A stretch of DNA of 64,000 bases from Ptychomitrium polyphyllum (taxonomy: Eukaryota): the NCBI GenBank assembly GCA_973851085.1, contig OZ316775.1, forward strand, positions 1,984,001-2,048,000, written 5' to 3'. Of this stretch, positions 1 to 12,960 are shown piece after piece (the stretch's first letter is position 1; each line of letters opens with the position of its first letter). The notes under the pieces are model-generated. The model saw nothing but the letters and a program-made list of their open reading frames with translations, was not told where the DNA came from and ran no database searches. The position numbers were made by a program, and so were the translations under genes.

Positions 1-148
1 ACATCAGTCTAATTTTCCTTCGATAAATCTGTTTGATGTTCATTTGTTTAATTTCGTTTACGAATGGTTTTCAAATTTTTGAGTTTACTATTCGATACTG
101 CGTTGAGGAATGATAATTTCCCTCTTTTTGTCATCTTACGTTTCCCAG

Positions 149-3100
149 AAAAGGAGAGTCACTCCTACTCCAATGGTGAATCCTGTCGTGGACAGCGCAT
201 TCATTTTGGCAAAGGTGGAGGCACCAACTACTAAGCAAAATCATGTCAACAAATCCAAATTACCTGGTGCAGGACCAGTGAAGGTGGATATGGACATCCT
301 CATGCAAAGGTGTGAGATAACTCGAAAACAAAAACAGAAAGAAAAACCAGAGCCCTCAAAGAAGGAAAATATGAAAAACTGGAGTTGGGAGAAGTTTGAT
401 TCACGGCTAGCAACAAGTTCTAGACAGGGTCCGCCTTCGAATATCGCAGCTGCAGCCTCTCAGATTGAAGGAAAATTCGCGGGTGGCTCTGATGATGTCC
501 ACGCTGAAGGCAGTGCCTTTCCTCCTATCACTCAAATCGTACGCATTACATTTCTGCCTATTCTTCCCGCATTTAGGCAGCAGCAGATTAATAGCGGGCC
601 ACAATATGTGAATGGACTTGATGGTTCGAGTCTGTGCCGGTCATACGGTCAGGATTTTATCTTTTCAGTGTTGTTGTTTGTGTGGGTTGACTTGAAGTTG
701 TCTAAATTCATCTAGTTATTATTCTTCATTTAAATATTTTTGAACCTGTATTTCTACGCCATTCATAAGTAGGATATGGTACGAAGCTCATTATTGGATG
801 CAGCTACTCTGTAGAAACCCTTGGTTTTTGTAACGTTGAATCGCGTCTTTAGTTTTTCCCTCGAAGAACGAGTCCGTGGGATCTTGAATTTAGTTTCTGT
901 GCTAGGTTAGTTCATCGTTTGCTCATCAACTTGTTGTAGGTTCCAAGACCCACAAGTACGAAGCCTGTCTTGGCTGATACTGCAAATCCTACAACTGCGG
1001 AAAAGGAACTGGAGTTTGCAGATTCCAGGAGCTCCATTACAGAATCCTTGCCCTTGAATTGTCTGTCCGACACACTGACCAACCTTGCCTCAGTGCATGC
1101 AACTCTCATGGTTGTCAAATTGGTTCCTTCCTTGTTAGAAGAGCTCCATTTTCTGTTGCAACTTTTGAGCCTGGAGCCTGCATTTTCTGTAGCAAGCCCT
1201 GGTGGTTCGAAGGGTGCTCTAAACTCAATAGCTGAGTTTAAACAGGAAAGAAAACCTCTTTTTGCAAATGGTGATGAATGCGCTGGCTATGCAATATTAG
1301 TACTGGAACAAGCAGGCCGTATATTGGATTGTGGTAAGAGTCGTGTGGCACCATGGATACATGCATATGTATTGCTTATTATAGTCAGCATACACGTATA
1401 TATTGAGTAGAAAGAGACTAGAAGACGTACATCACTAACATGACATCTTACTTGGTAGTATCCCTTTTTGTATCATATGTGCAGTAGGTGAACAGATCCT
1501 AGTCGCGCTGATTGAAGAACCTGCCATGGCCCGGCATTCTGCAACTCTTCTGGTGCGGTTGAAAGCATCCCTTGCAGATCAGCAAGCTGCAGCACTTAGA
1601 AGTTTTAAGGCATATGAGACTGCTAGTCGCACCAATGGTGTGATTGAGCAATCACCTACCGCGGGTACAGTGAGGCTAACACCTGGCCTCCCTGTATCTC
1701 TTCCTTTTCAAGCAGCTCGGGATTCCCGTAACATTTTCAAAACACAGGTGTGCTGCCTATTGGATTCTTAAACAATCCATTTGAGTTGTTTTACTTGTAA
1801 GACTCTCTGTTCCCTGTCTTGTTCTGCACCTTCAAAAGTTAGCCTCATGAGTAGCAAGATCTCTCTATTCTTTGAAAATGTTACTGAAATAGTTGCTTAC
1901 TTCTTGCAGGAAGAACAAAGAGCTTACAATAACAGAGAACAATGCCGTGATCAATTTTATGCAATCATAAGGGAGGCTGCCTCTGTTTACAGTGCATTTG
2001 GCTGGATCTCAACTGGTGCTGAGGGCGAGGGTTATTTAAAAATGAAGGATTCAGTGAGAAATTTTCTGCAGGTTCTGCTAGTGGAGAATTACCCTTGGTT
2101 TGCAGGTACGAACCCATTATCTAATACTTATATTACGATTTGATGTCATCACGAGTAGACCACCCAGCTGGTTATTTTAATTTACACGCCTTAACTTGAA
2201 GCTATAGGAAGAAGCGGGAGTCAAGTTTTGAATTATTTCTATTTCTATTATAATATATCCACGGTTCTATTAGGGCAGTACCAATCTTGTGGACGTGGAG
2301 CATTGAACCCGCGGTGAGGCTCAATATTCATAGTTTGATGTTGTACTTGCAGAATTGTTTCTGGAACAAGTTTTGCAGGTATCAATTACCATCTCCCAGA
2401 AGTTTGTAGGCACTAAATATTTCGTCAAAGAGCCTATTCGCTAAAGTTACTCTTAACTTCATCTATAACATGATCCTCATGATATTATGTAATCTCCTGT
2501 TGTGATTTTTTAATCTTCAAATTAGTGATAGTAGAATTTGGGGTTTTTGTTGCATCTCGTGAACCAGGCTTCAAATTGTGGAGAAACGGATCCAGAGGTC
2601 ACTAGTCTCGCTAGACAGGATCCAGCGAAGCTTCAACGTCTTCATGATCGGTTGACCTCAACCAATACTAGTCGCCTTCCAGCAGCATCTCAGAAGCAAG
2701 GGGGCAGTGGGATGGGAAATGGAGATAGTAGGCTTATGCTTTCACCTGGCAGCCCTTGGAGCAAAGTGAAAAGCACAGAACAGAGGTTACCGTTGAAGAA
2801 AAACGGAACACATAATAACTTTTCTACGAACAACGTGCAGGTGAGACTCCTCTTCCCTCGAGCTCTTTCTTATCTATCTGTACATGAAGTCTGGCTGACT
2901 GACTCAACGTCAATATGTGGTGTTCGTCTTTCCCTCAGTTCTATCTTCAAGTTTGTGGGAAGCTTTAGTTAAACTTGGGTTTCACAGGGAAATTTCTATA
3001 CCCGAGTCTTCAATGGCACAGGGCCGCATTAGCTACAACAATACTTGCATTCTCAACTTCTAGCTGTCTTACTTTTAAGCTTTGTTGCTGTCCAAGAACT

Positions 3101-6100
3101 GTGTTGTCAATGGTCACCATTTTCTTTATACGGTACTCTGGTGGAGCTGGTGAGTTACTGCACGACGCGGAGTATTACTGGTGTACTGAATTTTGACATG
3201 AAATTGTATGGGCACTGCATGAAGTGCAGGTCTTGAATAAGGGCAGGAATTCTATGGGAATCGGCAGGGAGAGATCTGCTATGAATACTGATGCTGGGAG
3301 TAGATTTTCAAGCTATTTCCCACAATCTTTGTGCGTATATGTTTGGTTTTTGGAGGCCGCGGACAGTCATCGACTGAACACTCAAATGATGTGGAGCATA
3401 AAGGGCAAAATCACCATTTTGACACAGTAACAATTGAACTTTTACATAAGAGCTGTTCTATTTGTCACCATTTCCCCATGCTCCTCATCTTTCCGTGATA
3501 ACTTTTGGATAGGATTGATGCAAGTACACGAGAGCTTATATACTCTTCTGATAGGTTGTTAAGATATTTTATCTTGCTCGAACCTGACCTGTTGGGTTCT
3601 TTTACTCCGACGGATAGAGAATTATAGCTAGTGCCAGGACCATGCATTTGATGACATAGGAATACGTTGTCTGTAATATGGAACACATACTGGAAGTTTG
3701 ATGCGTTCGTATAATACCATCGGAAACTCTGTTTATTCCGTTGGTTCATTTGCTGCAGGTTGCCTCCTTATTCTCGAGATGCTGCAGACATTGGTTCAGG
3801 CTTTACTCAGAGAGTACTTGCATTGAAGGCACTTGCTGGACTTCTTGGGTAAGATGTTCTACATTGGTCTTACAAACCAATGATTCAAAATTATGTAACC
3901 AAGTCAGAACAGTTACTGACCTCGTCTTATTTCAGGTATCTGTTTGTTTCTCCAGGTGCTGGCGCTCGACCTCCTATTCCAGGCCCTGATGCCCATGATA
4001 GTATAGGGAACACGCTATGGGACGTGGCTAGATCCGAGCCGCCTGTTGATGTGCCTGCGGTCCTCGCAAGAGCTCAAATGGAAGGATCTGTTCTTTTGAA
4101 TCTCCCTTGGATCCTGGAATTTCTGCGCTTGCTCAAGGTGTGTGATAATCTTTTATTGTACAGAAGATTTCAGTACATCGGGACATACAACTATACATGC
4201 AGGTTCTGGAGAGATTTTATTGCAGTCTCTTTTGTTCCTGTGCTTTCATCTTCAGGTCGTCATTATATCCTCTCCATCTGTTGTGTATGCAGGCAGATTG
4301 GCTAGCATTATCTCATCCTCAATTCCAGAATATCATATTATCTCTTCGAGATGTGTATTTGTTGCCAATGCTGAATCCTTCCAGCGAGCAGTTTGGGGTA
4401 AGACCTTATCATGAATTGTACAACTATCGGAAAGTACTGACGACTCTATAACTGATTACCTGATATTTTTCATTAAGACTGGTGTTTTTTAATGTCAAAA
4501 GATCCTTAAGTAGATCCTTTTTGACCAGGAATCATTTTCCGCTTGATTACGATAACTTACTACTTTCAGCGTAATGTGCTATAGGTGGGGAGCATTTGTA
4601 TCCTGGCTTCCTTGGATGCGTTCTTTGAGTGCATGGATTTGACCCCTTTTAATGGCGAATGGTCTAAAAGAGTTAAAGCAAACACAAGCCCTGTGGAACA
4701 CAAAGATGCTTCGGGCAAAGAAGGTGAAGATAGACGAAGACTATCTGAGATTCAAGCAGAAGAAAGACCCCTTGCTTTTAAGGGCCTGGACACAATGTTG
4801 GGAATCATCGACTCTCGATATATTCAGCATTGCTGCCACTTGCTAATGGTGAGGCAGCTCGGAGAACATAACCTAAACCTTTTAGCATTGCAGTGAGGAT
4901 TCTGACATATCTTCTTGTTTTTCATGACGCTGTGAAGTTGTGGATTTTCGGAGATTCGTTTTAGTACGGTATTGGAACTAGAAATGTCAAGTGACGTGGC
5001 ATGAGCTGTTGACTAATGGATTACATTGAGGTTTTAAGAAGCAATTCTTAAAGTACATTAGTTGCAGTAGCTCACTTTAGATTGGGTGCAGGAGTTGAGA
5101 GGGGTGCTAGTGGAGGGGAAAAAGCGAAGGCTTAGGCAACGAGAGCCAAATTGGCCTGACAGCCCTGGACAACCAAGAGCACGTACAGTGCGCAAAATAA
5201 CCCCCGTGCAGCGTCCAGGACCCTCTCAGTCCTTGGACATCTCAAGCAATTTGCCGACTGGGGAGAAAGTTGCCGCAGAGCATGCCTCTGACTCACAAGA
5301 CGATCAACTGAAATTGAAGCTCCAGGTACCGTATCGTATGGATTTGCTAATCATGGCATGCAAGATTGAGACTTTCTACACACATAAGGGTCTCTAAATT
5401 TCGATTTTAATTGGGCTTCTTTTCTTGAGCGAAAACGATTTTTTCATAACTTCATTGACACGTTCGGTGGTGGTATGGTAACAGCGCACATTCCTGGAAC
5501 AACGGCCACATTTACGCAGAGTGGTTGATTTTGTTGTCGACACAGTAGCTAGCAATGCAGCTCGTGCTGCAGTTCTGAAAGTAGTACCTCCTGCTCTTCA
5601 AAACGCGCAGGGAAAATTGCAGGTTTGTTATTGGTTACGCGTTTGAAGCCATTCAACACAATTTTTCTCAGATTAGCTGAAATGAGAGACTAGCTAATTC
5701 TAAAGATTCACCCTGTTTAACCGGATACCACACAATTGTTTTCAAGATTGCAGCTCTCCTTCTTTTTCTATCGAATAAGCATCATTGGGAGCTTTGTAAA
5801 GTTTAAATACTTTGGATTGCCTCCTGCAGATGGTTCTCAGAGGCAATGGTGGAGACACATCTCCAGCAACTGGTAATTCACCATGGACTATTAACAAAGG
5901 CATTCAAGTGGAGACAGCTGTTGAACATGTGAGTGTAATATGTGTAGAGGAGAAGCGTAAAGGTTGTACTCATATTCTTGTTTTAGGAACATGTAAATGA
6001 TTTCAATAAATCGATCCTTTACTGCTGCTATAGAAAAGAATGTGATTGTGTTAGTAATGTGAATTTATCGGGTTGACGTTTTTTGTTTTATTTGCAGATT

Positions 6101-8644
6101 ATTACAACTACAATTCACCAGCTCCTAGGTCCTGCTATGGACTATGCTAAGGGACATGCTGCAGATAGAACAACTGAAGCTTTGGCGGCGCTTGCTGACC
6201 CCGAGGAATCTTCTTTTGTGCTTAGTGTGGCTGCAGGTATGTAGTCACATTTCTGGTCTTTTCCATTGTCTAACATCACCAACTAGTTACAAAATCGTAC
6301 GATGTATTGATGAACACTGACCAGAATATTGCAAAATAACATTGTAATCAAATTCTGCGTGTATGTTGGTCAATGCCTTATTGGACTTCTTGGTTTTTCT
6401 TTGAACATAGGAGTCTTTCGTGTACGATATCTGAAACGCGCAGTTGCTCATTCAAATGATTTTCGCAGGTATTGCAGCTGAGACTGCAGGACAAGCAGCT
6501 TGTCAGAAAGCCCTGGCGAGTATTTCTGGAGAAATTCGGAAGAGAATCACAGATGATGTGGAGACTTGGCGTAGGAGGTCACTCTTACATGGATTGGAGG
6601 CTTATGGAGGGTCGCCAACTAATGCAAGCAGGCGAATGCGGGCTCAATCTTGGCCTAGAGCTTCTATGCAGCAACTTCCTGCAGAATACTCCGATCAAGT
6701 GGAGATTACAATTGTGCAAGAAGTTCCTGGTTTGTCTGATGGCGTTACAATAGGATCGGTTCCTGTTCCTGATTATCATGCCTCAAGGGAACCAGAAGAT
6801 GGAGGTTCCCCTTTCAAGAGCATCAGGTCTGTTGGAAGTGTTCACGATGCCATTGCTGATACTAGTGTTCAATCAAATGCAATTTCAACCAGCTCTTCAT
6901 TGAGGACAGCAAGGACTAGCGTGGCTGTCAAACGTCAACTTTCGTTCTCTTTTAATGGGCAAATAAATACGGAAGCAACAAGTGATTGCAAACCTGATTC
7001 GCATCTTGTTAAGGACCAAAGTGAGAAGCTGGCAAATGGCCTATTACATCCGAGAGACCTCAGGTGCGAGGAAGCTCACAGCAGAAGGTGGTCTATTGGG
7101 TCTTCTTTAGGAGAAGTGGAGCAGAATAGGCCTAATGAAACCTCCAGTTTGAGAGAAACTAGGGCCGAGGATTCTCAAGCTAGAAGGTGGTCTGTTGGGG
7201 CTACTTTTGGAGAAAATGGGCAGAGGAGACCTCATAAGGTTTCCAGCCTCTTGGAAAGGATGGAAGAGCATGAGTCATCAAACGGTTTTGCAAGTAGTGC
7301 AGGAAGTGGGGAGTTGACGGGCCCACAAATATTCGCTGCTAGGATTGTAGAAGCTTGCGGCAATGCTTGTTATAACTGCTCAGTAAAGCCCTTTAGGGAT
7401 GAGAGCAGGCACTTCCTACGACAACATCTTTCAATCATTTGCATTTCCTTGGAGGGTTTGCTTTCGCGAATTCCTGGTGCAATACCCGCAGGAGGCTTTG
7501 ATGCCTTGGTCTTTAATCAAGATATGCACATGCAATGGACCAGGTAAATCTCAGACTATCATACTGAAGACCACTGCCCGTTTACTAGATTTTTCCACAG
7601 TAAGTCAGAACGTTATAACTTTGTTCCCACGCTCATTTATTTGTAGTCATGAGGTTACTAAAGTTTCTGTCTTGAAATGGAAGGCTCTGCGAAGAAGCTT
7701 CATCGAACCCTGACACTGACGGCACATCCAGGAACCTCAAGTTGCAGCTTCAAGTAGAACGTGGATTAGTCCGGCGATCTGTGGCACTAGCAGTTCATCT
7801 GCTTCTATGGGATCCAAGTGTAGTGCTAGATTCTTCTTCTAGTGAGATGTTTGGGAATAATGTGGCTGAATCGAACTTGCTTAAAAAGAGAGGCCTGAGT
7901 GAAATGTCAAGTGGACTGCCTACCGCTTTGAGCAATGAATTAAACTCTTCAGCTACAAAGTCTAAAGAGGGGAAAGCAACACTTTCAAATGGTTTTGGGC
8001 TTACCACCGCCCTAGAGAGAAAATCTGCTGGACAATATTTGGAAGCGGAGTGCACAATTATGTTTGCATTGATGGTCACTTGGAAGAATTTAGTTGAAGC
8101 TGCAATATTATCTAGTGAATTTTTACTTCAAGAGCTGCTGACCCCCTGGAGGTGGAGACTCGCCATGACTTCACAACCTTGGCAGGGGTTCGTTGACGGG
8201 TTTTTCGAGGATTGGTCAGTGGCCGTGCAGAAAGGGATTGCACCTGTATTGATAGTTCTGATTGGATCGGAAGTGGAGGCCTTTTCTGAAGGTTACGAGA
8301 TACAGTTGTGCGCTTTTATTAGGGCAATGTCTGAGAAAATCATTTTTTGCGAGAATGAAGCCATCAGTATGTGTAAGGACACTACATCAACCATTGTCAT
8401 GAATTCTACCAGCAATCTGTCAATGAGCAGTGTCAGAACGAAGCAAGACAGACTAGTTAACAGAACGGAGAGCTTGGCGGCTGGTTTAGCTGTGCTCATT
8501 CTTCAATACTACTCCCCAGAAGCGTGTATTGATAAGTTTAGGGTTGAAGATGGCCAGCCTGTAAGATCTTCGAAAGATGCGGAGGGCCGTTTCGTCCCCT
8601 TGCGGAAATTGATGGAAAATCTTTTTCTAGGAGAGAAATTGTAA
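149..8644 (+). CDS. CDAN1: Codanin-1-like protein (5' exons lie upstream of the window; about 17 coding exons here)
   Basis: In-frame GT-AG exons at approx. 149-538, 940-1333, 1485-1747, 1910-2105, 2353-2378, 2568-2840, 3230-3426, 3759-3848, 3936-4137, 4293-4398, 4586-4848, 5092-5325, 5485-5622, 5830-5928, 6098-6236, 6469-7543, 7732-8644. The translation has Codanin-1 blocks in the animal order: VSLPFQAARDSRNIF..RAYNNREQCRDQFY, DPAKLQRLHDRL, FLEAADSHRLNTQM, LKALAGLLGYL, PPVDVPAVLARA..LLNLPWILEFL, LDTMLGIIDSRYIQHCCHLLMELRGVL, RKITP, LQRTFLEQRPHLRRVVDFVVDTVASN (Codanin-1_C-like). Homology recognised from memory of human CDAN1. Confidence 0.8.
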
Positions 8645-8831
8645 GCTTTTACAACCTTACGTATTCTTGACACTTCGAGATTATTCGTTTTGATTGAGAC
8701 AAGGTTTTTACTAAAATCAAATGAGAATGAACATGATGCTAGTATAATAACTCCATGTAGTGTAAAGGAACGGAAGCAGCATATGTTTGTGGTACGTAAT
8801 ATGCACCTTTGTTGTATTTTATACTACCTTC

Positions 8832-8865
8832 TGGGACTCGGGAAATTTGGGACTCGGGAAATTTG
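8832..8865. repeat. 16-bp perfect tandem duplication (tgggactcgggaaatt x2) just downstream of the CDAN1-like stop codon
   Basis: Read directly from the sequence. Confidence 0.85.
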
Positions 8866-10398
8866 AAGGACTTGGTAAGGAATACCTATTCAGTTGACTT
8901 CAGTTGCTGTTCTCCAATAGTCAGGATCGAAGAAAACTGATAGTTGTGTGTTTTGCAGGTCATAACCGGAGTATTTCGCTTTCCAGGTGTACTTCAGACT
9001 CAACCTTTCCATGTAGTAATGATATGACAGGGTGGAAGGCATAAAGCTGAATTCATACAGGTGCGTAGCCATCTTTTATATGCCCATCATCTTTCCTTTT
9101 GAAGAACTTGTGATGATCATCAAATAGTTATAATACTGTCATCTCCAATTACTGATACAGTGCCAACATTTGGTGTCAGTTGTGATTTTGCTCGGTGCTT
9201 TAAAGATAGCTTATGAGCTTCATATGCTACTATGGACAATTTAAGCTGAACCAAAGTAATGATCGGCCAACGCATGATTGTGCAATGGGCCAATAAAGAT
9301 TCGGAGGGCAATTTTAATCGGGTTGTGGTTGCTTTGCTATCTCAGCAGGTATTTCTCTGATATATGAGTAGTAAAACCTTTCCCCCCAGTTCCAGAGGTG
9401 GATACTGCTTCCACTTACGATCCGATAAGGTACCATATGTTCCTTCTCAAGACCCCGGTACAGACTAGTATTTTTAAATGCACTGTAATTATTATTATGC
9501 CCTCGTTTAAAGCAAATATATAGAAGTATACATGTCACGAATGGTGGTTTTGTTATTGATCCTTTCCTATTTTTCGCACGAGTAGACGCATCAGAATTCA
9601 CGAAGGCTCAAGGAACTGAACTGTGCAGTACTGCCGAAGTAGGAGATTTGAACTCGTTGGCAGTTGATCCAAGCTGTCGGTGGGCCAATCTATGACGAAA
9701 CAGAAGGGATGATACGTGCAATCTCTAGATTTATTTATTTTCCATATAATAATATTGTCGCGATGTACTTGTAACTGAGATTGTCAGCTTATACAACAGA
9801 TTCTCGCCTCGCACCAAATGCCTGCAGAACTCCGTAGTTTGAACTAAAGCTACAGGATTAGCTCTCATGTGCATTAAGTTTTGATCAGCAGTTTTCATCA
9901 GGATTTGTGAAACTGCAGCTGTTAGGGCACAGAGAAGTATCATTATTGTAGCAACCTTTGCGAAATTCCATTGTGTTCTGGACGTATGTACCATAAGCGT
10001 TTCCACGCTTATTCTACTTACCGATCACATATTCTGCGTCCAAGCGCATCAGTGCACGCCACACTCGGTGATATAAGTGAAAACAATGGTTGTTGGCAAT
10101 GACTTGGACGTGTTGGTATCTGATTGAAAATTCGTGAGCCGAAACTGGTATACTTCCATAACCATGCCATGCTCTGTTTTCATACACAATTGTCTGTACA
10201 AAACCAAATAGTGCTTTTAACAGCTGAACACAAAATAACAATAAGATTCTTGGAAGTTGTTTTCTGATGATAGTGCCAGTATGATTGTCTTAGATCCCCA
10301 AAGTGTACCCTAGTGAGTTCCAGAAGGGTATAAGATCACATGCCTTCGAGTGTATGCCTATCCTTTACAAACTGAGTTGAGCCGAAATTGTCACAAAT

Positions 10399-12560
10399 CT
10401 ACCTCTTGGACCTCTGCTCAGCTTCCTTCTCTGCCAGCTTGACATAAAAATCAGCTGACAGCATATCTTTCACTGGTACTTCCCAATGTAGACTTGCCTC
10501 GTATGTCTGGATGATAGAGTCAGGAGATACCAAAAGACCCAGCGCTCCTAAGACACGGACTGAGTTTGCAAGTCTACATATTCTTTCCCTCACTTCGAAT
10601 TGCAAGGTACTGTCATCAACTACAGCAGACTCTGATGTCGCAACAGACCCGGGAAGCTGAAGGTTGTCCTTATTTCCAGGTGCAGAAGCAGCAGATATCC
10701 AAATGAATCCATTACAACCTAAAATAAGATCGATGCCGAGGTCCTTCAACTGGTGAAAATGCTGTTTAAGTCGTTTGATCAAATAGGGTGCCACCCTCAC
10801 TAGCTGCCCGTTTCCTAGCTGTCACAAATACAAACAGCTATGTCAGGGAAATAGATGACTCCCTAACCTTGCAGAATGAGGGTTGCATTTAAATGTCGAA
10901 TAGGCTTGAAAACGAAAACACTGAATCCTGTAAACTTAATGATTTGTACCACATCTTATAAAAAAGGGCTCTTCAACCTATTAACCTCGCTAAACCTCGA
11001 TAATAAAACTCAGTCACCTTCCCATATTTGAGGCTCCGCGTGTGCAAATGAAGGGACCCGTCTTGGTGCAAACTCTGTACTTCAGCCTGATCACACAAAA
11101 GAATTATAAAAAGAACTTCGCAACAGAAACAAGCTTACACTAAAATCCGCGTGCCATTATATGAGCTCACCAATACCTATATAAAACACCGGAGAAAATT
11201 TGATCTCAGATGTAATGAAACGACACACGGAGCACTTACACTGATAAGGTCATTTTCAACATACAAATCCCGCATGTTTAACTCGTCAATAGCCGTACGC
11301 CTCCTCTGCCGTCACACGTACATAAATAGGAACATTCAGACAGTATTTACAGATAATTGTATTACATTCCTACCACAATATGCGGTACATTCTTGAAGGT
11401 GTAAGCTTGAAGCTGAATCTCTCTCTAAAGCTAGTAAAAGTGAAAGCCGGCAGGACTAATGTACAAGCGGCTCTGAAAACTGAGAACAGACTTGCAATCA
11501 TAACGGACACAACAATTAAATTCATCAAGAAGAAGATTCCCTCACCTGAATACCACCAGGTAAATTCACAGCAGCTAACAGCAATTCTGCATCTTTTCTT
11601 GAATTCACATCCACTTTCCATCTATTGCCACCGACCTGGAAACGAGATTACACGTGAAAATCGCATATGAGTCGGTACTAAACCCTAAATCCTACTCTTA
11701 AAAACTCGTAGTCTGTCTCGACATCCTCGTCGTGGCTTAACAAACATGCAGAATACCTTCTTCAAAGCCCTAAATAAAACCTCTCTAAACCACCAACAGT
11801 ACTCCATCTCCAGAATCATCAGAAATTGGATGCACATATACAACACATGATTCACATAAAGAATTTCTTATGGTGAACTAAAAAAGACAAGTGAACATAT
11901 GCGAAAGACTGAATACCCCGAAACCACAGTAACCACCTACCTCTGTGACACGACCAACCACCACGTCCCCAGTCTCTGCATTATATCTGACACACACGAA
12001 TTCATAAATCGCCACTACAAAACCCTAGAGGAAAAATGAACGGAGAAAGTGTCTGAACCGTCAGGAAGTAACTACACTGAAACGACAATAAAAACACACG
12101 TTCAGAATACCTGGCTCGTAGGGGCCGCACCGACACCAGCTTATTGACACGCTCCACAACTCCACACACTGTGGCTAGAAGCTCCTCATTAACGGGATGC
12201 GTCCCATGACCCCTTAACGATCAAAAATCCATAGCAAGGTCAGCACCACCCAATTGAGTAACAGCTCGAATGTGTCCATGAGTGAGAGTACTGCATTACT
12301 CCCACCTGCCGAATTGCATCCAAACTAAACCCTAACACATGAACAGGGCTACATCTTTCAAACCTGAACCCGCACGAGAATAACTCAAATGAGGTCGAGA
12401 CACTGAGGCACCTGAGATAGCCAGCCTCGTGGTCGACGGGGATGACATCGCCGACGTTGACGAACGCCTTGGAATGCAGCCCTCCTGCAGCGTCGCGGAG
12501 CAGGTGCTGCGCCTTGGCGATGCGCTGCTCGTGATCGGCGTCCAGATCAGGCCCCTTCAT
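10399..12560 (-). CDS. RRP4: Exosome complex component RRP4 (S1/KH RNA-binding cap subunit)
   Basis: 7 exons (approx. 12560-12412, 12212-12111, 11986-11941, 11635-11546, 11305-11240, 11086-11018, 10818-10399). Translation: [143 protein letters not shown], the diagnostic RRP4/EXOSC2 sequence. Confidence 0.95.
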
Positions 12561-12922
12561 GGCTCTCTCGCCTGGATGGCTGTGCGTGATTCTCGCGCAC
12601 AACAGTATCGGTAGCGGTAGAAAAGACTTCGCTGCAAACTGCGCACGGATCTGCAACGGAATCGCCACAACCACAACACAACACAGTGCACCCACCCCAC
12701 CGACTGATCGAGCTTGCCTGGGGCTTCCAAATCCTGTCGGTGTTAGGGTTCCCCACATGCACATCCGGCGTCCTCCTGCAAAACGCCGCAGGGAGCTGGG
12801 AACTCTGGGGAACGGTTTTGGATTTCCTATTTTGTATGTTTTTTAGATTAAAAACACATATAAAAATATAGATGCTCTAGGATCCTTAGTACTAACTTGC
12901 TATTCCAAGTCACTATAATATA

Positions 12923-12960
12923 TTGGGACGAGGCATGTGGGATGTTGGGACGAGGCATGT
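12923..12960. repeat. Short direct repeat (ttgggacgaggcatgt x2, 22-bp period) upstream of RRP4
   Basis: Read directly from the sequence. Confidence 0.8.

Noticed and set aside
9111..9155. TGATGA...CTGA pair resembling a C/D-box snoRNA
   Set aside because: Only ~45 nt, with no good terminal stem or recognisable rRNA-complementary guide.
9630..9700. GAGTTCAAATCTC on the minus strand, resembling a tRNA T-loop / Pol III B-box
   Set aside because: No cloverleaf (acceptor, D and anticodon stems) or convincing A-box could be built.
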